A stretch of 32,000 nucleotides of DNA. Source: Rhodobacter capsulatus SB 1003. GTDB taxonomy: Bacteria > Pseudomonadota > Alphaproteobacteria > Rhodobacterales > Rhodobacteraceae. The notes below the pieces were generated by a model. That model saw only the letters and a program-made list of their open reading frames with translations. It was not told the origin of the DNA and searched no databases. Below, piece after piece: positions 1-8,868 of the stretch (positions are counted from its first letter, which is position 1; every line of letters begins with the position of its first letter). The position numbers and the translations under genes are program-made. The stretch lies in NCBI RefSeq assembly GCF_000021865.1, contig NC_014034.1:2190001-2222000 (forward strand). The letters run 5' to 3'.

Positions 1-2
1 GC

Positions 3-425
3 CGCCATGCGCGCAAGCCCGCGCCGTATTGGACGATCCCGGCGACGGTGCTGCTCTTTGGCCTCTGCGTCTGGCTCTCGATGCTGGGGCCGCGCGATGC
101 GCCCGAGGAAGAGGCGGCGCTCTCCGGCACGGCGTTGCAGTTTGCGCAGGCCCCGGGGTTTGACGAGGTCGCAAGCCTTGTCACCGCGCATTGCGCCATG
201 TGCCACACCCGCGACCCGGCCTACGAGGGGATCCTGGCCGCGCCGAAGGGGCTCCTTCTTGACACGCCCGAAGCGGTGGCGCGGGCGGCGGAACCGGTCT
301 TCATCTTTGCCGGGCTGACGGCGGCGATGCCGCCCGGGGCGGCGAATTTCATGACGCCCGAGGACCGCGCGGCGATCCGCGCCTGGTATCGCGCCGGGGC
401 GGAAGCGGAACTGGCACGGAACTGA
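3..425 (+). CDS. C-terminal part of a membrane protein with a c-type cytochrome domain (possibly PuuD/COG3748-like); 5' end lies outside the window
   Basis: The reading frame is open from base 3, with no stop upstream of the GTG at 48. Hydrophobic segment ATVLLFGLCVWLSML is followed by CAMCH (CxxCH haem-c motif) and an AMPPG segment. The family assignment is from memory of PuuD C-termini and was not searched. Confidence 0.55.
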   Translation, partial: RHARKPAPYWTIPATVLLFGLCVWLSMLGPRDAPEEEAALSGTALQFAQAPGFDEVASLVTAHCAMCHTRDPAYEGILAAPKGLLLDTPEAVARAAEPVFIFAGLTAAMPPGAANFMTPEDRAAIRAWYRAGAEAELARN

Positions 426-520
426 CGGGGTTTCGGGCGGCATTGCCTTGACCGAGGCCATCGCCGAGGTCATGCGGAGCATGTCCCCTTGTCCGGCCGC
501 GGCCCAAAGGCCGTCGGCCA

Positions 521-546
521 GCGCCCGCCCCGCCCCCGGCGGGCGC
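521..546 (+). terminator. GC-rich hairpin downstream of the cytochrome-domain gene (weak intrinsic-terminator candidate)
   Basis: GCGCCCGCC (521-529) is the exact reverse complement of GGCGGGCGC (538-546), with an 8-nt loop, followed by TTCT. The U-tract is poor. Confidence 0.3.
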
Positions 547-625
547 TTCTCGCCCGCCAGGACGGGCGCCGGCCTCTGTCACGCTTGCAGCAGGCGGTCT
601 TTGCAACGCAGTGGCGACCCGGGCG

Positions 626-646
626 GGCAAAGGCAGTGCCTTTGCC
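626..646. terminator. Perfect 9-bp hairpin between convergent genes (possible bidirectional terminator or RNA-stabilising stem)
   Basis: GGCAAAGGC (626-634), loop AGT, GCCTTTGCC (638-646). It lies 19 nt beyond the cobB stop. No clear U-tract on either strand. Confidence 0.3.
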
Positions 647-664
647 TCTCCGCCCGAAACCGGC

Positions 665-1972
665 CTATCCCGCGATCAGATGGAAGAAGCTGCCCGTCAC
701 ATGGCCCCGCACGGAGCCCGTTTCCGCCACCGGAGCGCCCGCCGCATCGCAGACCTTTGCCAAGGGCGCATCGGGTTGCTCAAGGATCGTCGAATAATGG
801 AACTCGTGCCCGTAAAGCCTTGATCCCGCACCATATCCCGGCAAAGGTGCCAGCAGATCGGCCGACCGGTAGCCCAGATGCAGCCGCCGCTTTTCATAGC
901 TGGTGACCAGTCCCAGCAGCCCCGCCATCGCATGCGCCCGACCCTCGGCATCGACAAGCCTTGCCCCCAGAACCATGTAGCCGCCGCATTCGCCATGGAC
1001 CGAGCGGGTTTCGGCAAAGGCGCGCAAGCCCGCCTTGAAGCGCGTGGCCGCGGCAATCCGCCCCGCGTGCAATTCGGGATAGCCGCCCGGCAGCCAGACC
1101 AGATCGGCCGACGGATCGGGCGCCTGATCGGCCAAGGGCGAGAACGGCAAGACCGTCACCCCCGCCCGCCGCCAGGCCTCCAGCATATGCGGATAGACGA
1201 AGGAAAAGGCGGCGTCGCGGGCGAGCGCAATCCGCCCCGCGGGCGGCACCGCCCAGGCCCCGGCCCCGGGCGCGGGGCCAGCGCCCGCAACGGACAAAAG
1301 CGCCTCCAGATCCACATGCGCGGCGACGAAATCGGCGAGCGCCTCCAGCGTCGCCTCAAGCCCCGCCTGTTCCTCGGCCTGCACCAGCCCCAGATGCCGC
1401 TCGGGCAGGCTCAGATCCGACCGGCGCGGCAGCGCGCCCAGAACGCGCAGGCCGAGCCGGTCCATCTCGGCGCGGATCATCGCCTCGTGCCGGGGGCTGG
1501 CGACATGGTTCAGGATCACCCCCGCCAGGGGCGGCGCCTCGGGGTGGCGGGCAAAGCCAAGCGCGGTTGCCGCCGCCGATTGCCCCTGCCCCTTGACATC
1601 GAGCACCAGAACGACGGGCCAGCCAAACATCCGCGCGATCTCGGCACTGGTGCCGCGCCCCGACCGGCCCGGATCGGCGGGCCCGTCATAAAGCCCCATC
1701 GCGCCTTCGAAAATCACCAGATCGGCGCCCGCCGCCTGGCCCGCCAGCGCATGCAGCTGCGGCCGGTCCATCGCCCAGCCATCCAGGTTGAAACTGGCCC
1801 GCCCGGCGGCGGCGGCGTGAAAGGCGGGGTCGATGTAATCGGGCCCGTTCTTGAACGGCTGCACGCGCAGCCCCCGCCGGGTCAGCGCCCGCAACAGCCC
1901 CAGCGTCAGCGTCGTCTTGCCCGAGCCCGAGGCCGGTGCGGCAATCGCAAGACCCTTCGGTCCCTCGCTCAT
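665..1972 (-). CDS. cobB: Hydrogenobyrinate/cobyrinate a,c-diamide synthase
   Basis: 435-aa ORF with N-terminal ATP-binding AAPASGSGKTTLTLGLLRAL and a C-terminal glutamine amidotransferase motif HGECGGYMVLG. The ATG start (complement of 1970-1972) overlaps the cobZ stop as ATGA. Confidence 0.93.
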   Translation of the reverse strand: MSEGPKGLAIAAPASGSGKTTLTLGLLRALTRRGLRVQPFKNGPDYIDPAFHAAAAGRASFNLDGWAMDRPQLHALAGQAAGADLVIFEGAMGLYDGPADPGRSGRGTSAEIARMFGWPVVLVLDVKGQGQSAAATALGFARHPEAPPLAGVILNHVASPRHEAMIRAEMDRLGLRVLGALPRRSDLSLPERHLGLVQAEEQAGLEATLEALADFVAAHVDLEALLSVAGAGPAPGAGAWAVPPAGRIALARDAAFSFVYPHMLEAWRRAGVTVLPFSPLADQAPDPSADLVWLPGGYPELHAGRIAAATRFKAGLRAFAETRSVHGECGGYMVLGARLVDAEGRAHAMAGLLGLVTSYEKRRLHLGYRSADLLAPLPGYGAGSRLYGHEFHYSTILEQPDAPLAKVCDAAGAPVAETGSVRGHVTGSFFHLIAG

Positions 1973-4458
1973 CTTTCCCCTCCCGCCCGGTCGGGCCCTG
2001 ATGCGGTCTTGCTGCGGGCCCTGTCAAGCCGGGCCCTGTCACGCTGCCGCGCCCGCGCCTCGGCCGCGGCGCGGATCAGCGAGATCAGCCGCCAGCCGCC
2101 ATGGGACAGCTTGCTAAAGGGCAGGCCCAGCACCGCCCCCGCGACCGCCCCCAGATGCAGCGCCAGCAAAAGCCCCATCGCCGGGGTGTCGCGCAGCGCC
2201 AGAAGCGCCAGCCCCGTGCCTGCAAGCAAGGCCAGCTGCCCCCGCAAGAAACGGTCGGAGCGCGCCATCGCGGGCGTCTTCAGCGGATCGGGGCGCAAGG
2301 ACATCAGCGCCAGCCCCGCCAGCATGGCCACGCCGCCCGAGGTGCCCAGGATCACCGGCGCGCTGAGCAGCGGATAGGGCGCGGGCTGGCCCAACTTGTG
2401 CAACACGAACCCGGCCACGGTGGCCAGAAAGGTCAGCCCGAAGCCGCCCGCCAAAAGATGATGCGCAATCCGGCGCAGCCGCCCGGCGGGGCCCGCGCGA
2501 TCCTCGCAATCGGCAAGGTTGCGCAGGGTCAGCGCGTCGACAATCCCGGCCCGCAAGGCGGGCGCATCGACCGGCACCGGCCCGCGCCCGGCCCGCCAGA
2601 AGAGCGCCAGCCGCAGCGCCAGCCCCAGCGCGGCAAGGCCCATCACCGCCCCCGTCGCCCCGGCCATCACCGGATGCGGGATCAGCGCGTAAAAGGCGCC
2701 GGGGCCGGTGTGACTAGCGAAAACCCGTTCGAGCGGTTGCAGGGTCAGCAGCAGAAGCGGCGGCAGCACACAGCAAAGCGCAAACAGCGCCTGCGCCGGG
2801 CGCAAGGGCTCACGATACTCGGCGCGGCGCACGTCGGCCAGCGTCGCGGGCAGGTTGATGCCGAAGGCGTGCGGGGCGGCATATTGGCAATCATGCAGGC
2901 AGGACCGGCAATCGTGGCACAGATGCGCCAGATGGCGCAGATCGCCCCGGGTCAGATCGGGGCGGCCCTGCGCGGCGGGAAAGACGGCGCAAAGCCCGGT
3001 GCAAAAGCCGCAGCTGTTGCACAGGTTCAGCGCCCGTTTCGCCTCGGCGAAGGGGTCGGGCACGGGGTCGATGACAACGGGACGGGACGGCAACGGCTGC
3101 GACAGGGAACGGACCTTTGGCGCAAGCCTGGCCGCCGCGCGCCCGGCGATGCGGCCAAAGACGGCGGCGATGGTCAGCCCCGCGCCCGACAGATAGCCCT
3201 GTCCCAGAATCGCCCCGCACATATTTGTTCCGGCTGCGAAAAGTCTGGGGGCGACGGCATCGTTCAGACGCACCCGGGCAAAGGCGTCCACCACCAGCCC
3301 GTAGCGGGTGAAGCCGATGCCGGGGATCATCGGGATGGCGTGCAAGGGCACAACCAGCGGCATGATTTCGCCCGTGCGCGGCGGATCCGGCGGGCGGTTC
3401 AGCGTCTCGGCCAGCCCCCCGGGGTCGATGCCACAAAGCCCGGCCAAAGCCTCGGGCGTGTCGGCCGAAAGCGGCGGGCAGGCCATCGGCGGCAGCGTCT
3501 TTGCGGCGTCAGCCCCCAGAAGGATCCAGGCGCGCGGATCGGGGCGGGAAAGCAGCTGGCGCGCCCAGACCGAATGGCGCTCGGGGCCCCGGATCGCGCC
3601 TTCATCGGCAAAGCGGCGGCCATCGGCGCCGACGACGATCCCGTGCTGCATCCCGTCCACCCGGCTGACGATGCCCGCATCGTGAAAGGGTGCGCGCGGA
3701 TCGACGGCGACGACATGGCCATCGCCGGGCAGCCCCGCCGCCTGCGCGCCCTCTGCCAGCGCCTGCAACAGCAGACCGCCCAGCTGTTCGGGCGTGCCGC
3801 GGTTGGCGATGTGATCGGCTCGGGGGCCGTGCGTCTTTGCCAGCCAGTCGCGGTTCGCCCCAAGACCGCCCGAGGCCAGAACCAGCGCCTGCGTGGTGAT
3901 CCGATGCGTGCCGACCGTGACCGTCAGCGGGCCGTCATGCGCCGGATCGAAGGCCTCGGGCGGCAGGCGGTCGACGGCGATCCCGGCGCGGATCTCGACG
4001 CCCAGACGCCGCGCCCGGGACAGAAGCGCATTCGTCAGCGCCTGACCGCCGCCGCGCAAAAACACCGTGCGGCGGGAATAGGGCAGATTGCCCGCGGCCC
4101 AGGGTTCCAGCCGCACGCCCTGCGCCAAAAGCCAGTCCGCCAGATCGCGCGAGCCCTCGGCCAGCACCCGGGCGAGATCCGGATCGCCCGCGCCGACGCG
4201 GAGCAGATCGCGCTCGAACTCCTCGGCCGGGTAGCTGTCGCGCTGAAACGGCGTCTCGATGTCCGAAGCGACGCGGATGTTGCGCCCGTGCCGGGCATTG
4301 CCGCCCAGCCGCGCCGGGGGGGCGGCGTCGAGCACCAGCACCGAGGCGCCCGCCCGCGCCGCCTCGATCGCAGCGCAAAGCCCGGCCAGCCCCGCGCCGA
4401 TGACAAGGACGCCGACCGAGGCGGGCAAAGGGGGTTGGGGGGCGGGCGTCTGATCCAT
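1969..4458 (-). CDS. cobZ: CobZ-type precorrin-3B synthase: TcuA-like FAD flavoprotein fused to a TcuB-like Fe-S/haem membrane domain
   Basis: Start placed at the internal Met (MDQTPAPQ, complement of 4456-4458), just before the FAD dinucleotide fold VGVLVIGAGLAGLCAAIEAARAGASVLVLD. Cys clusters CNSCGFCTGLC and CHDCRSCLHDC lie at about 2887-3021, followed by several hydrophobic helices. The gene sits between cbiO and cobB, and no cobG is in the window. Confidence 0.85.
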   Translation of the reverse strand: MDQTPAPQPPLPASVGVLVIGAGLAGLCAAIEAARAGASVLVLDAAPPARLGGNARHGRNIRVASDIETPFQRDSYPAEEFERDLLRVGAGDPDLARVLAEGSRDLADWLLAQGVRLEPWAAGNLPYSRRTVFLRGGGQALTNALLSRARRLGVEIRAGIAVDRLPPEAFDPAHDGPLTVTVGTHRITTQALVLASGGLGANRDWLAKTHGPRADHIANRGTPEQLGGLLLQALAEGAQAAGLPGDGHVVAVDPRAPFHDAGIVSRVDGMQHGIVVGADGRRFADEGAIRGPERHSVWARQLLSRPDPRAWILLGADAAKTLPPMACPPLSADTPEALAGLCGIDPGGLAETLNRPPDPPRTGEIMPLVVPLHAIPMIPGIGFTRYGLVVDAFARVRLNDAVAPRLFAAGTNMCGAILGQGYLSGAGLTIAAVFGRIAGRAAARLAPKVRSLSQPLPSRPVVIDPVPDPFAEAKRALNLCNSCGFCTGLCAVFPAAQGRPDLTRGDLRHLAHLCHDCRSCLHDCQYAAPHAFGINLPATLADVRRAEYREPLRPAQALFALCCVLPPLLLLTLQPLERVFASHTGPGAFYALIPHPVMAGATGAVMGLAALGLALRLALFWRAGRGPVPVDAPALRAGIVDALTLRNLADCEDRAGPAGRLRRIAHHLLAGGFGLTFLATVAGFVLHKLGQPAPYPLLSAPVILGTSGGVAMLAGLALMSLRPDPLKTPAMARSDRFLRGQLALLAGTGLALLALRDTPAMGLLLALHLGAVAGAVLGLPFSKLSHGGWRLISLIRAAAEARARQRDRARLDRARSKTASGPDRAGGER

Positions 4459-4498
4459 GGCGGCAAGGTAACGCAAGGCGCGGGCAAGGAAAACCGGG

Positions 4499-5341
4499 CT
4501 AACGCCGGGTCCAGCCCGCCATCTGCGCCGCAAGCGCGTCGCGGGTCCGCGGCAGCGCGCTTCGGGGGCCAAAAGGCCGTGATCGCGCGCGCGAAAGCGC
4601 CAGATCGATCACCAGGGGCGGGCGCAGCCCACCCTGTGCCAGCGTCGCGCGGTCGGAGAGCACCGCCGCGGCCGCCCCCTCGGCCAGAACGCGGCCGGTG
4701 CGAAAGAGCGCCACCCGGTCCGCCAGAGCGGCGGCGAGTTCGACATCATGGGTGGAAAAGACCAGCGTCATGCCCGCGGCGCGCAGCCCGTGCAACAGGG
4801 TCAGAAGCTGCTCGGTCCCGGCCAGATCAAGCCCGGCGGTGGGTTCATCGAGCAACAGCACCTCGGGGCGCATCGCCACCGCGCCCGCAATCGCCACGCG
4901 CCGCTTCTGCCCGCCCGAGAGCATATGCGTGGGCCGGTCGCGCAGATCGGAAATCGAGAGCGCCGCAAGGGCCTCTTCAACCCGGGCGCGGGCCTCGGCC
5001 TCGGAGAGGCCAAGGTTCAAGGGCCCGAAAGAGACATCCTCGAAAACCGTCGCGGCGAAAAGCTGGTCGTCGGCATCCTGCAACACAAGACCGACGCGGC
5101 GGCGCCAGTCGGTCAGATCCTTGCGGGAATGGCCGGTGGCGGTGCCCCCCAGCAGCACCCGGCCCGATTGCGGGCGCAACGTGCCGTTCAGATGCAAAAG
5201 CAGCGTCGATTTTCCGGCGCCATTCGGGCCAAGGATGGCCAGGCTTTCGCCCTGCGGCACGGCAAGCGAGAGATCATCAAGCGCTTTCACGCCGCCCGGG
5301 AAAGCGTAAGTCAGGGCCTCGGCGGCCAGGATCGGGGTCAC
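4499..5341 (-). CDS. cbiO: ECF/ABC cobalt transporter ATPase component
   Basis: Walker A GPNGAGKST, signature LSGGQKRRVAIAG and Walker B LLLDEP. GTG start (complement of 5339-5341) overlaps the cbiQ stop (GTGA). Confidence 0.9.
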   Translation of the reverse strand: MTPILAAEALTYAFPGGVKALDDLSLAVPQGESLAILGPNGAGKSTLLLHLNGTLRPQSGRVLLGGTATGHSRKDLTDWRRRVGLVLQDADDQLFAATVFEDVSFGPLNLGLSEAEARARVEEALAALSISDLRDRPTHMLSGGQKRRVAIAGAVAMRPEVLLLDEPTAGLDLAGTEQLLTLLHGLRAAGMTLVFSTHDVELAAALADRVALFRTGRVLAEGAAAAVLSDRATLAQGGLRPPLVIDLALSRARSRPFGPRSALPRTRDALAAQMAGWTRR

Positions 5342-6072
5342 AGCAACACTCCGGCCGCAAGGATCGCGGCTTGCAAGGTCAGGATCAGGCCAAGCACAAG
5401 CGGCGAGGCCGCGGGCCGGGTCGAAAGTACCCGCATCTCGCCCTGCCAGTTGCGCGCCGCAAGCCCGGTTTCAAGACGCCGGGCGCGGTCGAGCGCGCGC
5501 GGCAGCAGCGCCGCGATCACCTGTGCGGTCGAGCGCAGCCAGCGCCGCCGGGTGGCATGGCCCAGACGCGCGCGCTGCGCGGTGGTCATCGCCGCCGCTT
5601 CCTCGGCCAGAATGAAAACAAAGCGATAGGTCAAAAGTGCAATCTCGATCAGTTCGGCGGGCACGCGCCAGCGGCGCAGACCGGAGAGCAGATCGGCGGC
5701 GGGCGTGGTGGTGGCGAGAAACAGAAGGCAGCAGGTCGCGGCGCTGGCCCGCATCACCAGCGCGGCGGCCTTGGCCGGGCCCTGAGGCGCAAGGCCGATG
5801 CCGTCGGGTCCGATCTGGATCAGCAGCACCGCGGCCCCGGTGGTCAGAAAGCCCAGCGGCAGCACCGCGACCGCGGCCCAGAAGCGCAAAGGCACCCGAG
5901 CGCCCAGAAAGGTGAAGGCCAGGATCGCGACCGTGACCAGAACCGCGCCCGGAAACGGCGGCACGGTCACGGCAAGCGCCAGAAAACCAAGACCGATCAG
6001 GCACTTCTCGGCCAGCGGGCGGTTGCGCCAGCGGCCTTGCGCGGCGACCCGATCGATCGAGGCGATACTCAT
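5338..6072 (-). CDS. cbiQ: ECF cobalt transporter transmembrane (T) component
   Basis: 244-aa polytopic hydrophobic protein between cbiN and cbiO, with ATGA overlap with the cbiN stop. The order cbiM-N-Q-O is canonical. Confidence 0.85.
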   Translation of the reverse strand: MSIASIDRVAAQGRWRNRPLAEKCLIGLGFLALAVTVPPFPGAVLVTVAILAFTFLGARVPLRFWAAVAVLPLGFLTTGAAVLLIQIGPDGIGLAPQGPAKAAALVMRASAATCCLLFLATTTPAADLLSGLRRWRVPAELIEIALLTYRFVFILAEEAAAMTTAQRARLGHATRRRWLRSTAQVIAALLPRALDRARRLETGLAARNWQGEMRVLSTRPAASPLVLGLILTLQAAILAAGVLL

Positions 6073-6380
6073 TCCGCGGGGAAGGACCGGGGCGCGGGGG
6101 CGTTCTGCTCGCGGGTCTTTGCGGCACCCTGACGGCGGCCGATCACCAGCCCCACGACAAAGGCGCCAAGGGCCGCCTGCAGCGCGAAGAACAGGCTTTC
6201 AACCTCGCCGCTCGGCGGCTCCCAGAGCGGATCGGCCCAGGGGGCAAAGCCCGGCACGGTCGCCTCGATCAGCTCGGCCGCCTGCCCGTCGGCACCGCCG
6301 AATTCCCCGCCCATCAGAAGCGGCACCACCACCAGCGCCACGGTTCCGGCCAGCAGCCACAATGTCCGTTTGCTGCTCAT
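6069..6380 (-). CDS. cbiN: Cobalt transport small membrane protein
   Basis: 103 aa with an N-terminal TM helix (LWLLAGTVALVVVPLL), a periplasmic loop and a C-terminal TM helix (LQAALGAFVVGLVIG). Its start shares 1 nt with the cbiM stop (TGATG). Confidence 0.85.
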   Translation of the reverse strand: MSSKRTLWLLAGTVALVVVPLLMGGEFGGADGQAAELIEATVPGFAPWADPLWEPPSGEVESLFFALQAALGAFVVGLVIGRRQGAAKTREQNAPAPRSFPAE

Positions 6381-7048
6381 CAGCGTGCCTCCCCGGCCAG
6401 AATGCGCAATTTGTCCTTGTCATCGACCTTGCCCGCCAGCGCATCGACGACGATCACGGTCAGGAAGCCCTCGGCAATCGCCAGCGGGATCTGCGTCAGC
6501 GCGAAGACCGAGCCGAATTTCAGCGCCGCGCCGAGGAAGCCCGAAACCGGATCGGGGTAAGCCAGCGCCAGCTGCAGCGAGGTGGTCACATAGGTCGCCA
6601 GATCGCCGAGGAAAGCGGCCAGAAACACCGCCACCGCCATCGAGGCCCCGGCCTTGCCCGCCAGTTTATAGACGCCCCAGGCCACCCAGGGCCCGACGAT
6701 CGCCATCGAGAAGGCATTGGCGCCAAGCGTCGTCAGACCGCCATGCGCCAGCAAAAGCGCCTGAAACAGCAGCACGATCACCCCAAGCACTGCCATGACC
6801 GAGGGGCCGAAGACGACCGCGCCCAGCCCGGTGCCGGTCGGATGCGAGCACGAGCCGGTGACGGACGGAATTTTCAGCGCCGAGAGCACGAAGGCAAAGG
6901 CCCCCGAGGCGGCAAGGGTCATCCGGGCCTCGGGACGCTCGGCGACGATCTTGCGGATCTTCACCGCGCCCGCGACGACAAAGGGGCCGGCGGCAAGGGA
7001 CCAGCCAATGGCATGGGTGACGGGCAGATAGCCCTCCATGATATGCAT
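6380..7048 (-). CDS. cbiM: Cobalt ECF transporter substrate-capture component
   Basis: Start placed at the internal MHIMEGYLP (complement of 7046-7048), the conserved Met-His N-terminus of CbiM/NikM. The protein is polytopic. The 41 upstream codons of the track ORF run into the riboswitch. Confidence 0.9.
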
Positions 7049-7119
7049 GCGAACAACTCCACATCGAACGCGCCGCTTTCGGATTGACCGGAGACACCCC
7101 GCCCCGGGAAGGCTTGCGA

Positions 7120-7320
7120 CGCCAGAGCGATGGCAGGTCTCCTGACTTGCGGTTCGATCAACTCGGGTCACCTTCCCGGCCGTTCTCCCCGGTGGATCGG
7201 GGGGGCCAGTGGTCTTCGACCGTCGTCTCGCCGCTCACAGTTGCGGGGGCAGCCACGGATTAGGCCCCTGATGGGTAATCCTCACCGTGTTCCCTATTAA
7301 TCCCGTCCAGTTGGGAACCA
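7120..7320 (-). promoter_or_regulatory. Cobalamin (AdoCbl) riboswitch, leader of cbiMNQO-cobZ-cobB
   Basis: The minus strand reads AATAGGGAACACGGTGAGGATTACC...GGCTGCCCCCGCAACTGTGAGC...GACCACTGGCC...GGGAAGGTG...GCAAGTCAGGAGACCTGCCA. The B12 box is the complement of 7131-7150. All hallmark blocks are present and in order. Confidence 0.9.
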
Positions 7321-7370
7321 TCGCCTGTTGGAGTAGCCGCGCCGCGGGGCGAGGTCAAGGCCGGGAAGCG

Positions 7371-8138
7371 TCACGCCGCGGGCACATTGCGACGCAGCAG
7401 GTAGATGTCCATCACCCAGCCGTGCCGGGCGCGCAGATCGGCGCGGGCCTGCAGGATTTCATCGGTGACCTCGGCCACGGGCCCCCTGATCAGCACCTCT
7501 TCGGGCATGGCCACACAGGCGCCCCAGAAGATCGTCAGCCCGTCGGGCGGCAGGCTTTGAAACGAGCATTCACCGTCCAGCATCGCCACCACCGTCTCGG
7601 TGCCCGCGGGCCAGCCGTGATCGCGCAATTGCCGCCCCGTCGTGATGACGACCGGCGCGCCGATGTCATTCAACGGAATCGCATGGGCGGCGCAAAGCGC
7701 CTGAATCGCGGTGATGCCGGGGATGACTTTCGTCGTGAGCGGCAGGCGGGATTTCAGCCGTTCGGCGATGCGCAAGGTGCTGTCATAAAGCGAGGGATCG
7801 CCCCAGACGAGCAGCGCCACCCGCCCCTCAAGCCCCGGAACATGCGCGGTGATTTCCGAAAGCCAGGTCTCGGCGATGGCATCGTGCCAGTCGTCCACCC
7901 CCTTGCGATAGGAGGGGTTCGACGCGTCGCGGACGGGCAGCGCGAAGTCGATGACCTTGGTGGCCGGGTTCGTCAGATGCGCGGCACAGATCTGGCGCCG
8001 CAGCCCGGCCAGATCGGATTTGTCGGCGCCCTTGAGCGGGATCAGGATCAGATCGGCGGCATTCATCGCATCGACCGCCTGCCCGGTGATGTGGCGCGGA
8101 TTGCCGGTGCCGATGCCGATCAGGGAAAGCTCGATCAT
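7371..8138 (-). CDS. cobF: Precorrin-6A synthase (deacetylating)
   Basis: Start at internal MIELSLIGIGTGNP (complement of 8136-8138). Class III tetrapyrrole methylase N-terminus. Last gene of the cobL-E-M-A-F run. cobF is diagnostic of the late-cobalt-insertion pathway. Confidence 0.88.
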   Translation of the reverse strand: MIELSLIGIGTGNPRHITGQAVDAMNAADLILIPLKGADKSDLAGLRRQICAAHLTNPATKVIDFALPVRDASNPSYRKGVDDWHDAIAETWLSEITAHVPGLEGRVALLVWGDPSLYDSTLRIAERLKSRLPLTTKVIPGITAIQALCAAHAIPLNDIGAPVVITTGRQLRDHGWPAGTETVVAMLDGECSFQSLPPDGLTIFWGACVAMPEEVLIRGPVAEVTDEILQARADLRARHGWVMDIYLLRRNVPAA

Positions 8139-8139
8139 C

Positions 8140-8868
8140 TCAGGCCTCCGGCGCGTAAAGCGGACCATAAAGAATGAGCGCGGGCTTGTCGGAGCGTTCC
8201 GCGGCAAGGCTTGCGGCAAGATCGGTCACGGTCGAGCGGGTGACGCTTTGCCCGGGGTGGCCCACGGCCTCGGCCAGAAGCGCGGGCGTATCGGGGGCCA
8301 GCCCATGCGCGATCAGATCGGCGGCCAGTTTCGGAAAGGTGCGCTTGCCCATGAAGACGACGGTCGTCGCCCCCTTGTCGGCCAGCGCCGCCCAGTTCAG
8401 CCCCTCGGGCAGATCGCCCGTCACATCGGCGCCGGTGACGAATTGCACCCGCCGCGCGGTCAGACGGCGGGTCAGCGGCAGCCCGGACGCGGCGGCGGCG
8501 GCGCAGGCCGAGGGCACGCCGGGGATGATCTCGTAGCCGATGCCCGCGCCGGTCAGCGCGTCCAGTTCTTCCTCAAGCCGGCCGAAAAGCCCGGAATCGC
8601 CCGATTTCAGCCGCACCACCCGTTGCCCGGTCAGCGCATGATCGACGAGCAAGCGGCTCACATGATCCTGCTTCGGCGAGGGCCGCCCGGCCCGCTTGCC
8701 GACCGCGATGAGTTCGGCCCCCCGGGCGGGCATGGCCCCAGGATCGGCCCCGGCGGAAAGATCGTCGAACAGCACCACATCGGCCTTGGCGAGCCGGTCG
8801 GCAGCTTTCAGCGTCAGAAGCTCCGGATCGCCCGGGCCCGAGGAGACGAAAGAAACGAAACCGCTCAT
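8140..8868 (-). CDS. cobA: Uroporphyrinogen-III C-methyltransferase (SUMT)
   Basis: Start at internal [22 protein letters not shown] (complement of 8866-8868), with ATGA overlap with the cobM stop. Motifs [12 protein letters not shown] and IPGVPSA. Confidence 0.88.

Noticed and set aside
2101-6132. 1343-aa plus-strand ORF, the longest in the track
   Set aside because: It is antisense to three well-supported genes (cobZ, cbiO, cbiQ). The translation is Arg/Gly/Pro/Gln-rich low complexity with no recognisable motif. This is a typical stop-codon-poor antisense frame of GC-rich DNA.
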